Origin: Candidatus Rokuibacteriota bacterium
GTDB taxonomy: Bacteria > Bacteroidota > Bacteroidia > Flavobacteriales > Flavobacteriaceae
Direction: 5' to 3'
NCBI GenBank assembly: GCA_900299425.1
Contig: OMJU01000060.1
Location: forward strand, 39,773-103,772
Length of the DNA: 64,000 nucleotides
Made by a program: the position numbers and the translations under genes. Below, one piece after another: positions 1 to 8,258 of this stretch (position 1 is the stretch's first letter; every line of letters begins with the position of its first letter). The notes below the pieces were generated by a model that saw only the letters and a list, made by a program, of their open reading frames with translations, searched no databases and had not been told where the DNA came from.

Positions 1-77
1 TATTTACCGTTGCAACACTGTAGTTTTATCGTTTAAAACATGCAGTAAAAGCACTATGTAAAGACCAATTTTCTCGG

Positions 78-85
78 TATATTTG
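78..85 (+). promoter_or_regulatory. Bacteroidota-type -7 promoter box (TATATTTG) upstream of the mrp-nifU pair
   Basis: Exact match to the TAnnTTTG consensus, 28 nt upstream of the ATG at 113. Confidence 0.45.
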
Positions 86-112
86 CCCTTTAGAATAATT
101 CTAAATACGGCT

Positions 113-1255
113 ATGGCCATGCAGAAAAAGGACATAATTGACGTTTTAGACCGACTTACATTACCTGGAGAGGGACAAAGTATCAGTCAAAGCGGTGCAG
201 TGACTAATATCAATATTTTTGGCCGTGAAGTGGTCATTGATTTAAGTCTAAAAACGCCGGCTTTACATATTAAAAAACGAGTTGTGGCGGACATTACCCA
301 AGCGCTTGAAGAGGCTTTTGGGCCAGAAATTTCTCCAACCATTAATATCAGTGTTCCCCCTGCTCCTGCTCAGGGTCCTGCCCTGATCAAGGGAAAGCCC
401 ATTAAAGGAATTCAAAATATTGTGGCCGTGGCCTCAGGTAAAGGGGGTGTGGGCAAGTCCACAGTTACAGCAAATTTGGCCATTACCTTGGCCGAAATGG
501 GTTTTAAAGTAGGGGTGCTTGATGCCGATATTTATGGGCCTTCCATTCCAATAATGTTTGATGTTGCGGGGGCACGTCCACTGTCTGTTGAGGTAGAGGG
601 TAAAAGTAAGATGCAACCTATCGAGCAATATGGAGTAAAAATTTTGTCCATAGGGTTTTTCACTCAACCAAATCAAGCCGTAATCTGGCGTGGCCCAATG
701 GCTGCCAAGGCGCTGAATCAAATGATATTTGATGCGGCTTGGGGCGAATTAGATTTCTTGCTCATTGATTTGCCTCCAGGAACAGGAGATATTCATTTGA
801 GCATCATGCAATCCTTGCCCATCACAGGGGCTGTCGTTGTAAGCACACCTCAAAATGTGGCGCTGGCAGACGCGCGAAAAGGAGTGGCTATGTTCGCGCA
901 AGAACACATTCAGGTACCTGTACTTGGTATCGTAGAAAATATGGCCTACTTCACCCCGGCAGAATTGCCCAATAACAAGTATTATATTTTCGGACAAAGC
1001 GGTGCACGGCATTTGGCTGAGGATTTAGAGGTAGAGTTTTTAGGAGAGATTCCATTAGTGCAAAGCATACGCGAATCTGGAGACGTAGGTCGCCCGGCGG
1101 CGCTGCAGAATGAGACGCCTGCCGCTGAGGCCTTCGTTAGTATGACCCGCGCGGTAGTGGAGCAAACGGTGCGTCGAAATGAAGATTTGCCGCCGACTGA
1201 AGCGATTAAAATAACAACAATGGCGGGATGTAGCGCTGTAAAATCAAAGAAATGA
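113..1255 (+). CDS. Mrp/ApbC/NBP35-family P-loop ATPase (Fe-S cluster carrier) with an N-terminal DUF59-like domain
   Basis: Deviant Walker A motif SGKGGVGKST and overall Mrp architecture. The tracked ORF starts at TTG 83; the in-frame ATG at 113 sits behind the TATATTTG box and is preferred. The usual CXXC motif is absent (see findings). Confidence 0.85.
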   Translation: MAMQKKDIIDVLDRLTLPGEGQSISQSGAVTNINIFGREVVIDLSLKTPALHIKKRVVADITQALEEAFGPEISPTINISVPPAPAQGPALIKGKPIKGIQNIVAVASGKGGVGKSTVTANLAITLAEMGFKVGVLDADIYGPSIPIMFDVAGARPLSVEVEGKSKMQPIEQYGVKILSIGFFTQPNQAVIWRGPMAAKALNQMIFDAAWGELDFLLIDLPPGTGDIHLSIMQSLPITGAVVVSTPQNVALADARKGVAMFAQEHIQVPVLGIVENMAYFTPAELPNNKYYIFGQSGARHLAEDLEVEFLGEIPLVQSIRESGDVGRPAALQNETPAAEAFVSMTRAVVEQTVRRNEDLPPTEAIKITTMAGCSAVKSKK

Positions 1256-1485
1256 GTCAAGCATCATTAACTGAAAGAATTGAGCAGGCCTTGGCAGAAA
1301 TTCGTCCGTTTTTGCAAAATGACGGAGGGGATATTGCTCTAGTTTCTGTCGAGCATGACAAAGTAGTGGTAAGACTGGAAGGGGCTTGCGTGGATTGCTC
1401 TGTCAATCAAATGACCTTAAAAAGTGGTGTGGCCATGACCATTAAAAAATTTGCTCCAGAAATTAAAGAGGTTGTGAATATTTGA
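1252..1485 (+). CDS. NifU C-terminal-domain (Nfu-like) Fe-S cluster protein
   Basis: 77 aa with the motif GACVDCSV (CxxC) typical of Nfu/NifU C-terminal domains. It overlaps the mrp stop by 4 bp (ATGA). Confidence 0.8.
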   Translation: MSQASLTERIEQALAEIRPFLQNDGGDIALVSVEHDKVVVRLEGACVDCSVNQMTLKSGVAMTIKKFAPEIKEVVNI

Positions 1486-1570
1486 CTTTTTTGGTTCCAA
1501 AATAGGAGATGACTTTTGTCATTGACCAAAGAAACATAGTGTATTAATTTGGCGTTTAAAATAGTAGTTC

Positions 1571-2623
1571 GTGATAAAATCAGATATATTAATTATTGGG
1601 GCAGGGCCTACAGGTTTGTTTACTGTATTTGAAGCAGGATTACTAAAACTCAAATGCCATTTAATCGACGCATTACCGCAACCAGGTGGTCAGTGTAGTG
1701 AGATTTATCCCAAAAAACCCATTTACGATATTCCTGCTTATCCTGAGATCCTCGCTGGAGATTTAACCGATCGGCTCATGGAGCAAATTGCGCCGTTTTC
1801 GCCAGGTTTTACGCTGGGAGAACGAGCAGAGACCCTCGAAAAGCAAGAAGATGGAAGCTTTGTGGTTACCACTGATCAAGGGACAAGGCACAGCGCTCCC
1901 GTTGTAGCGATCGCCGGAGGCTTGGGGAGCTTTGAGCCACGCAAACCACCTATCGACAATCTCGCTCAGTACGAGGGAAAAGGCGTAGCTTATTTTATTA
2001 AAAACCCAGAACAGTACCGCGATAAGCATGTGGTAATTGCTGGTGGAGGTGATTCTGCCTTGGATTGGAGTATATTTTTATCAGATGTTGCGGCTTCCGT
2101 GACATTAGTGCACCGACGCAATGAATTCCGAGGGGCACTAGACAGTGTCGAAAAGGCACAAGAACTCAAAAATCAAGGAAAAATCCGACTGATTACCCCA
2201 GGGGAAGTTATTGGGCTAATTGGAGAGGAATCTTTAAGTGCGCTGCAGATTCAAGTCGATCAAGAGGTACAAACTTTAGAGTGTCAAGCTTTTATCCCTC
2301 TTTTTGGCCTAGCGCCTAAGCTAGGGCCTATAGCAGAATGGGGGCTTGAGATAGAAAAAAACGCTATCAAAGTGGATAATGCTTTAGATTATCAAACCAA
2401 TATTCCCGGGGTCTATGCTATTGGGGATGTCAACACTTATCCCGGTAAGCTCAAACTTATTCTTTGTGGTTTTCACGAAGCCACACTTATGTGTCAAAGC
2501 GCATATAAGCGCATTTATCCGGATCGTCGCTATGTGATGAAATATACTACGGTAGGGGGTGTGGAAGGATTTGATGGTACTAAGAAAGAAGCCCCAAAGG
2601 CGGTCATTAAATCAATAGAATAA
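1571..2623 (+). CDS. Ferredoxin-NADP(+) reductase, thioredoxin-reductase-like (YumC type)
   Basis: GTG start. FAD motif IIGAGPTG, a second dinucleotide motif IAGGGDSALDW, and a length of 350 aa typical of TrxR-type FNR. Confidence 0.8.
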   Translation: MIKSDILIIGAGPTGLFTVFEAGLLKLKCHLIDALPQPGGQCSEIYPKKPIYDIPAYPEILAGDLTDRLMEQIAPFSPGFTLGERAETLEKQEDGSFVVTTDQGTRHSAPVVAIAGGLGSFEPRKPPIDNLAQYEGKGVAYFIKNPEQYRDKHVVIAGGGDSALDWSIFLSDVAASVTLVHRRNEFRGALDSVEKAQELKNQGKIRLITPGEVIGLIGEESLSALQIQVDQEVQTLECQAFIPLFGLAPKLGPIAEWGLEIEKNAIKVDNALDYQTNIPGVYAIGDVNTYPGKLKLILCGFHEATLMCQSAYKRIYPDRRYVMKYTTVGGVEGFDGTKKEAPKAVIKSIE

Positions 2624-2633
2624 TCGATTATTT

Positions 2634-2966
2634 ATGGCCCAAGTCATCACGCTTTTTATCACTGATCGCGACGGTCAAACACACGAAATTACAGCCCCCA
2701 CAGACATGAATATGAATCTGATGGAGGTCGTGCGTGCTTATGATTTAGCTCCAGAGGGCACAATTGGCGTTTGTGGTGGTATGGCGATGTGCGCTTCATG
2801 CCAAAGCTACATTACGAGCGATCACCCTCTTCCAGAACAAAATGACTATGAACGCGCAATGTTGGCAGAAGCCTTTTATGTAAAAGAAAATTCTCGATTG
2901 GGGTGTCAAGTATTTATTACTCCAGATTTAGAGGGACTCAGAGTCACCCTAGCGCCAGAATCTTAA
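2634..2966 (+). CDS. 2Fe-2S ferredoxin, adrenodoxin/putidaredoxin type
   Basis: Cys ligand pattern CGGMAMCASC (C-x5-C-x2-C) plus a distal GCQ. 110 aa, starting 10 bp after the FNR gene. Confidence 0.85.
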   Translation: MAQVITLFITDRDGQTHEITAPTDMNMNLMEVVRAYDLAPEGTIGVCGGMAMCASCQSYITSDHPLPEQNDYERAMLAEAFYVKENSRLGCQVFITPDLEGLRVTLAPES

Positions 2967-3019
2967 TGCTTGAACGTGGTTTGACCTTGAGGATTCGGGC
3001 CTTAAGCTAATTGATGGGT

Positions 3020-3787
3020 TTAAGCAAGTTGAATTTCCGCTAATACCCCATCCCATAATCTTTTTCTGTAGCTGAGGGCCTCAAGGGCGGTCTGAGTAAC
3101 TTCCTCCCATTTTTGCGGATCATCACCGCATAATTCTTGAATCATTTTTAAGGCAAGTGGACCATGAGTGTCATCATCTAACTCTATGTGACGTTGGAAA
3201 TAATGGTGGAATCCGGTCAAATTCTCTTGAGGAAACTTGCGTTGAATCGAAAGAATAATGGATGTAAACATCTGAGGAATCAGGTCTTCTCGGCCAAAAG
3301 TGAAGGCAGCTGCAATCTTATGTGGCTCATTAGAATCAATTACAGAAAAAGTAAAATGCAAGAATGCTCTAACGGACTCTGATAAATCTAGGTTTACCAC
3401 GGCCTGATACCAAGGTTGTCCTTGGTTGATTTTTTCTATGAAACTATCAATTTCTTTTGTTGAGGCGCCAGCATCTGCCATGGCGTTTAGGTACATTTCA
3501 AAGTGGCTTCTTCTTTTTCCATCGATGTCTAAATCGGTCTCTTCAGCCAAAACGATTTCATTGATCAAATAGCGAATTTCTGGATCACCTACAGGAACCC
3601 AAGGCAAGGTTGTGCCAGTGAGTTTAATTTGAAGTGCCTTGAGTAGCGACATAAAATCCCATACAGCAAAAATATGGTGCTCCATAAAACGCTGCAGGTC
3701 TGATGGATTTTGAATATTGTTATAAAGTTTATGGTTTACAATTTCCTCTTGTAAGGGTCCTATCTTACGCAGTACCTGCTGAATCAT
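3020..3787 (-). CDS. DUF3050 family protein (heme-oxygenase-like fold)
   Basis: 255-aa ORF. The segment HHIFAVWDFMSLLKALQ resembles DUF3050 as I remember it. Confidence 0.6.
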   Translation of the reverse strand: MIQQVLRKIGPLQEEIVNHKLYNNIQNPSDLQRFMEHHIFAVWDFMSLLKALQIKLTGTTLPWVPVGDPEIRYLINEIVLAEETDLDIDGKRRSHFEMYLNAMADAGASTKEIDSFIEKINQGQPWYQAVVNLDLSESVRAFLHFTFSVIDSNEPHKIAAAFTFGREDLIPQMFTSIILSIQRKFPQENLTGFHHYFQRHIELDDDTHGPLALKMIQELCGDDPQKWEEVTQTALEALSYRKRLWDGVLAEIQLA

Positions 3788-3801
3788 AGCGCTTTTTGTT
3801 G

Positions 3802-3809
3802 CAAAAGTA
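3802..3809 (-). promoter_or_regulatory. -7 promoter box (TACTTTTG on the minus strand) for the DUF3050 gene
   Basis: The reverse complement of caaaagta matches TAnnTTTG, 15 nt upstream of the ATG at 3787. Confidence 0.4.
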
Positions 3810-3810
3810 A

Positions 3811-3836
3811 AGGCCTTTTCTCAAGAGAAAAAGCCT
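3811..3836 (-). terminator. Hairpin terminator after the acyl-CoA dehydrogenase gene
   Basis: aggccttttctc-aa-gagaaaaagcct forms an approximately 11-bp stem with one mismatch, followed on the minus strand by a T-rich tract. Confidence 0.5.
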
Positions 3837-3860
3837 TTGTTATTGATTTTTTTGATGTAC

Positions 3861-5039
3861 TTATTTGAAAGCGTTTTCGCCAGTGATGTCGAGGCCTGTA
3901 ATCAAAAGGTGAATGTCATGTGTTCCCTCATAGGTAATGACACTCTCAAGGTTCATCATGTGGCGCATAATCGAATATTCACCAGTAATCCCCATTCCTC
4001 CTAATATTTGACGGGCTTCGCGCGCAATATTCAAAGCCATGGCAACATTATTGCGTTTTGCCATAGATATTTGTGCTGAGCTAGCTCGCCCTTCTTCTTT
4101 TAATTGACCCAGACGAAATGCTAAAAGTTGTGCCTTGGTTATTTCAGTTATCATTTCGGCGAGTTTCTTTTGTTGTAATTGGAAGGCCGCAATAGGCTTG
4201 CCAAACTGAATCCGCTCTTTGGCATATCTCAGGGCAGTATCATAACAGTCCATAGCCGCGCCGATTGCTCCCCAGGCAATGCCAAATCGTGCAGAGTCTA
4301 AACACCCTAGAGGTGCCCCTAAGCCCGATTTGTTCGGCAGTAAATTTTCTTTAGGCACCTTCACGTCTTGAAAAAGGAGCTCTCCTGTCGCCGAGGCGCG
4401 CAAAGACCATTTGTTGTGCGTTTCAGGTGTTGTAAACCCATCCATACCACGCTCTACAATCAATCCATGGATTCGTCCTGATTCGTCTTTGGCCCAAACA
4501 ACCGCAACATCGCAAAATGGCGAGTTTGAGATCCATAATTTGGCTCCGTTGAGCAAGTAATGGTCTCCTTTGTCTTTAAAATTAGTGACCATGCCGCCTG
4601 GATTGCTGCCAAAATCAGGTTCTGTAAGTCCAAATGACCCCATCCACTCTCCAGTGGCGAGTTTTGGCAGGTATTTCTGACGCTGCTGTTCGTTTCCGTA
4701 CTTCCATATGGGATACATAACAAGCGAAGATTGCACTGAGGCAGTACTGCGCACGCCACTATCTCCACGCTCAATTTCTTGCATGATAAGCCCGTAGGCG
4801 ATTTGATCAAGCCCTGCTCCGCCGTATTCTTCTGGTATATAAGGTCCAAAGGCGCCGATTTCCGCTAAGCCCGGAATAATGGATTTTGGAAATTCAGCTT
4901 TTTGTGCTGCATCCTCTATAATCGGGGAAACATCGCGTTTGACCCAAGCGCGCGCTGCATCTCTAATTAGCTTGTGTTCTTCGGTCAGTAAATCATCAAG
5001 ATTGTAATAATCTGGTGCTTCAAACAAATCAGGCTTCAT
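3861..5039 (-). CDS. Acyl-CoA dehydrogenase (glutaryl-CoA dehydrogenase-like)
   Basis: 392 aa. ACAD N-terminal, middle and C-terminal regions are recognisable (GSFGLTEPDFGSNP, ITYEGTHDIH). Confidence 0.85.
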   Translation of the reverse strand: MKPDLFEAPDYYNLDDLLTEEHKLIRDAARAWVKRDVSPIIEDAAQKAEFPKSIIPGLAEIGAFGPYIPEEYGGAGLDQIAYGLIMQEIERGDSGVRSTASVQSSLVMYPIWKYGNEQQRQKYLPKLATGEWMGSFGLTEPDFGSNPGGMVTNFKDKGDHYLLNGAKLWISNSPFCDVAVVWAKDESGRIHGLIVERGMDGFTTPETHNKWSLRASATGELLFQDVKVPKENLLPNKSGLGAPLGCLDSARFGIAWGAIGAAMDCYDTALRYAKERIQFGKPIAAFQLQQKKLAEMITEITKAQLLAFRLGQLKEEGRASSAQISMAKRNNVAMALNIAREARQILGGMGITGEYSIMRHMMNLESVITYEGTHDIHLLITGLDITGENAFK

Positions 5040-5087
5040 ACGGTCTAATTTTGGTGATACAAATTTAACAAGACCCTGTGGATTGGC

Positions 5088-5816
5088 CTACATTTTAAGG
5101 TAAAATTCACGCACTAGCGCTTTGTATTGTTCTGTATATGTATGTCTTTGTCGCTCAATAATTAACTCGTCAATAACAGTATCATACGACGTATTTTCGG
5201 ACTTCGCTTTTTGACATTCGATGAGGATTCTTTTGACTTGACTTTGGTCATTGCCGCGGACCTTGGTCATTCTCAACAAAACAAAATTATGTTTTTGAAA
5301 CAGATCTTTTAGGTATTGTTCTTCAGTTGCCGGAAGCACAAGGGCCAGTCTTCCCTCCTTAGACAGGAGCTCAGCAGCGCCACTGATCAAGGCGTCAAGC
5401 GGGAGTGCAGACTTATCGCGTGCTAATTTTCTGCTATTATCGGGGCTGTCTGGGTGGTCAAAGAACGGTGGATTGCTGACAATCAGATCGTATTTATCCT
5501 CAATTTCACTGGCAAATTCTTGAAAACTGATGTGGTAGTTAAATAGATTTATGTCCCATGGACTTTGTTCAAAATTTTCTACACATTGTTCGAAGGCCTC
5601 CGCGTCTAATTCAACGCCATCTATTTCTGCTTTAGGGCATCGTTGTGCCAACATCAGTGCAATTACTCCAGTGCCGCTTCCTATATCGAGAATTCGACTT
5701 TGGTTGTGATCTACATGGACCCATGCGCCCAGCAGAACACCGTCTGTGCCGACTTTCATGGCGCAGCGATCTTGAGATACACCGAATTGTTTGAACTGAA
5801 AATAAGAGGCATTCAT
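5088..5816 (-). CDS. tRNA (adenine-N6)-methyltransferase, TrmN6/YfiC-like
   Basis: SAM motif ILDIGSGTGVIALM and catalytic NPPFF motif. 242 aa. Confidence 0.75.
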   Translation of the reverse strand: MNASYFQFKQFGVSQDRCAMKVGTDGVLLGAWVHVDHNQSRILDIGSGTGVIALMLAQRCPKAEIDGVELDAEAFEQCVENFEQSPWDINLFNYHISFQEFASEIEDKYDLIVSNPPFFDHPDSPDNSRKLARDKSALPLDALISGAAELLSKEGRLALVLPATEEQYLKDLFQKHNFVLLRMTKVRGNDQSQVKRILIECQKAKSENTSYDTVIDELIIERQRHTYTEQYKALVREFYLKM

Positions 5817-6340
5817 TAGAGGTAAAGCTCTAGTAGCCCGTCTGGAGTTTTGACGGTTATGGTTTTATGCGCTCTGTCTACGGAAAGAATAAATTCATCG
5901 ATCACAGGAATCAATATTTCTTTGCCTTGGTAACTTATTTTGAATAAGGCTTGGGCTGTTTGGTCATTGACCCCAGTGATTTGTCCAATATTGCCATGGG
6001 TTTGGTCCATTACCGTAAATCCGATGATTTCGTGGTAATAGAATTTGTTTCCTGTAAGTTTTGGCAGCAAATTTAGAGGAAGATAAAGGTCACAACCAAT
6101 TAAGGAATCAGCTGTTTGTTCGTCATAAACATCTTCAAACTGTACGCGCAGGAGCTCTGATTTGTGTAAGGCTAATTCTTCAATAAAAAATGGAATCAGT
6201 GTTCCGTTGAGATCAACGAATACTGATTCCATATCTATAAATTCTTCCGGATTATCAGTGTCTAACTTAACAAGTAAGACGCCTTTAAAACTGAATTTTT
6301 TGACGATTTTACCAACGAAGAAGTGATCCTTGTGGTCCAT
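5816..6340 (-). CDS. rimM: 16S rRNA processing protein RimM
   Basis: RimM-like sequence from MDHKDHFFVGKIVKKFSFKGV onward, in conserved rpsP-rimM order. The tracked ORF's upstream part (to 6535) is an out-of-frame read-through of the rpsP tail. ATG at 6340. Confidence 0.8.
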   Translation of the reverse strand: MDHKDHFFVGKIVKKFSFKGVLLVKLDTDNPEEFIDMESVFVDLNGTLIPFFIEELALHKSELLRVQFEDVYDEQTADSLIGCDLYLPLNLLPKLTGNKFYYHEIIGFTVMDQTHGNIGQITGVNDQTAQALFKISYQGKEILIPVIDEFILSVDRAHKTITVKTPDGLLELYL

Positions 6341-6350
6341 CAAAAAGAAA

Positions 6351-6965
6351 TTACTCTTCTTCCTGAGCTGAAGCGCTTTCTTGAGTTGCTTCAGCAGTGG
6401 TTTCTTGAGTGGCTTCAACAGCCTCAGCTGACTCCTCAGTAGCAGCTTCTTCAGTAGCTTCTTCAGTAGCTTCTTCAGCTGCCTCAGCAGATTCCTCAGC
6501 GATGGCTTCAGCAGCAGCCTCTTCAGCAGCGGCAATGCGCGCCTTGTTCACTGCTTCCTCGGCTTTTAAAGCTTCAGCCTTTGCTTTTGCTTTGTCATCG
6601 GCAAGTTGGTTTTTCTTGCTGTTCACAGCCTGGTCCTTCTCAGTAACCCAAGCAGAGAATTTTTCTTCGGCTTGTTCCTGAGTTAGAGCTCCTTTTTTCA
6701 CCCCTTCTAGAAGGTGCTTTTTGAGCAATACTCCTTTATAAGACAAAATGGCACGAGCTGTGTCGGTAGGCTGTGCGCCGTTTTGTAACCACTGAACTGA
6801 ATTATCGATGTTGATGTCGATAGTTGCTGGGTTGGTGTTCGGATTGTAAGTTCCTAATTTTTCAAGGAAACGTCCATCTCTTTTTGCTCTGCTGTCTGCT
6901 GCGACAATCCAGAAGAATGGTTTTCCTTTTTTACCGTGACGTTGAAGTCTAATTTTTACTGGCAT
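6351..6965 (-). CDS. rpsP: 30S ribosomal protein S16 with a long Ala/Glu/Lys-rich C-terminal extension
   Basis: The N-terminus [42 protein letters not shown] is canonical S16. ATG at 6965. The tail of about 90 aa is low complexity. Confidence 0.9.
   Translation of the reverse strand: MPVKIRLQRHGKKGKPFFWIVAADSRAKRDGRFLEKLGTYNPNTNPATIDINIDNSVQWLQNGAQPTDTARAILSYKGVLLKKHLLEGVKKGALTQEQAEEKFSAWVTEKDQAVNSKKNQLADDKAKAKAEALKAEEAVNKARIAAAEEAAAEAIAEESAEAAEEATEEATEEAATEESAEAVEATQETTAEATQESASAQEEE
6444..6479. repeat. 12-bp tandem repeat x3 inside the rpsP tail
   Basis: gcttcttcagta / gcttcttcagta / gcttcttcagct, encoding (EEAT)n on the minus strand. Confidence 0.8.
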
Positions 6966-7016
6966 AAGAATTAATTTTTGAGGTACGCGACCTCGGTTAT
7001 AATTTTTTAGAGGCGG

Positions 7017-7024
7017 CAAAGTTA
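7017..7024 (-). promoter_or_regulatory. -7 promoter box (TAACTTTG on the minus strand) for rpsP-rimM
   Basis: The reverse complement of caaagtta matches TAnnTTTG, about 52 nt upstream of the rpsP ATG. Confidence 0.45.
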
Positions 7025-7211
7025 TTCTTTTTTAACAATAAAATAGTGGTCAAGTACTTTTTTCTTGAAACAGAAGTAAAAAATTATTTTTTTGATCATT
7101 GCCCTATGCTGTTTGTTAGTTGGGCGAGGTGCTACCTATATATTTATATAATAAATAATGATTTCGGCTAATTCACCTGAGAATTGAGGTTGAAAATTTT
7201 AAGGAATATTA

Positions 7212-7233
7212 AAATTAAATGCATTTTATCGAT
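7212..7233. repeat. Left arm of a 22-bp perfect inverted repeat
   Basis: aaattaaatgcattttatcgat is the exact reverse complement of 8082..8103. It contains the palindromes aaatgcattt and atcgat. Confidence 0.9.
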
Positions 7234-7270
7234 AATAAATGCTTTTAATCGTTGAAATATGATGTTTTTG

Positions 7271-7278
7271 TATATTTG
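7271..7278 (+). promoter_or_regulatory. -7 promoter box (TATATTTG) upstream of the small lipoprotein ORF
   Basis: Exact TAnnTTTG match, the same octamer found upstream of both tRNAs and of mrp. Confidence 0.4.
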
Positions 7279-7440
7279 CCATGTGATTCATTAATACTAT
7301 GAATAACGCTATTAACTAATAAATAAATTTTAAAAGCCCCAAACACTAAGAAAACTTTTAACCTACTTTTTGTTTTATCATTATTCGTCTTTGCCAGTTG
7401 TGAAACTGCTGATTTTGTAGAGAGCCCGACTACAAATGAA

Positions 7441-7842
7441 TTGTCTTTGATTAGCGACGCTGAACTAGGCCGTGCTGATGAAGATCCAATCGAAAGCCGA
7501 TTTACATTTACGGCTTATGTAAATGGATCTTATTTTAGAGCTGAAGATTTTCAGGCCATCGAAACGGGAGATCAACTAATTTTTGAAGGAGAAAAAGCTG
7601 GAAATTCAATTATCCTTCAAATGCCTGCTGATATCGTAAATGGCGATTACAACCTTGGCGCCTCTATTGGTTTATCTATCGATTATTCGGCCTCTGTAAC
7701 GATAAATGGTCAAACCCAGCAAATTTCATTTGGCTCTATGACGGTATTGAACCACACAGCTGATACAGGAAACATTAACGGAACTTTTAATTTTCAAACC
7801 GCTGACTTTAAAGTAACTCGTGGTGTCTTTAAATTGTTCTAA
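7441..7842 (+). CDS. Small lipoprotein-like protein, single-domain paralog of the 8259..9098 product; start codon unresolved
   Basis: The tracked ORF starts at TTG 7441, but the frame is open from 7327. The 7327-7440 part encodes a lipoprotein signal (KKTFNLLFVLSLFVFASC) with no in-frame ATG/GTG/TTG. The C-terminus INGTFNFQTADFKVTRGVFKL is shared with the neighbouring paralog. Confidence 0.55.
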   Translation: MSLISDAELGRADEDPIESRFTFTAYVNGSYFRAEDFQAIETGDQLIFEGEKAGNSIILQMPADIVNGDYNLGASIGLSIDYSASVTINGQTQQISFGSMTVLNHTADTGNINGTFNFQTADFKVTRGVFKLF

Positions 7843-7905
7843 TAATTGCTCCGGCATCACAATTAAGTTAATGTCAATAATTACAGTCCTATAATGGATG
7901 ATGAT

Positions 7906-7937
7906 AAAAAGTCCGACACAAGATGTCGGACTTTTTA
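7906..7937 (+). terminator. Rho-independent terminator
   Basis: gtccgaca-caaga-tgtcggac forms an 8-bp stem followed by TTTTT, 64 nt after the stop at 7842. Confidence 0.75.
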
Positions 7938-8081
7938 TTTGATGTGCTTTCTCAATTAATAATCAATACAAGGCAAAGGACAATTAAACAAAAGATTATT
8001 CCACTGAAGGATCTAAATCGTGTATTGAATAATTATCGCAACAACTTGATGTCAAAATGGCGATATTTTTGACCTCAAAAC

Positions 8082-8103
8082 ATCGATAAAATGCATTTAA
8101 TTT
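8082..8103. repeat. Right arm of the 22-bp perfect inverted repeat
   Basis: atcgataaaatgcatttaattt is the reverse complement of 7212..7233. Confidence 0.9.
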
Positions 8104-8258
8104 AGCTGAAATACATAAAATTTTATTGAAAAAAGGCGTCAAATGTTAAAATATTGCGTATTTCATCGAATAAAAGTGTATTTAATCGGTATAATAGAGT
8201 TTTTTATCGCAATTTTACACCGTAGATGAAAAACAACAGAAATCTACAGCGATAAAAA

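Noticed and set aside
1571-2966. The adjacent ferredoxin-NADP reductase and adrenodoxin-type ferredoxin, considered as a possible dedicated P450 redox chain.
   Set aside because: No P450 or other obvious client enzyme is nearby. The location next to mrp and nfu fits a general Fe-S or redox housekeeping role, so I annotated the genes but did not raise this as a finding.
6341-6535. The N-terminal 65 aa of tracked ORF 5816..6535 ([17 protein letters not shown]…), a Leu/Lys-rich extension of RimM.
   Set aside because: It is an alternative-frame reading of the low-complexity rpsP tail on the same strand. RimM homology begins at the ATG at 6340, 10 nt after the rpsP stop.
6409-6681. A 90-aa Ala/Ser-rich ORF on the plus strand.
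   Set aside because: It is antisense to the GAA/GCT-rich rpsP tail. It is a compositional artefact with no promoter or start context.
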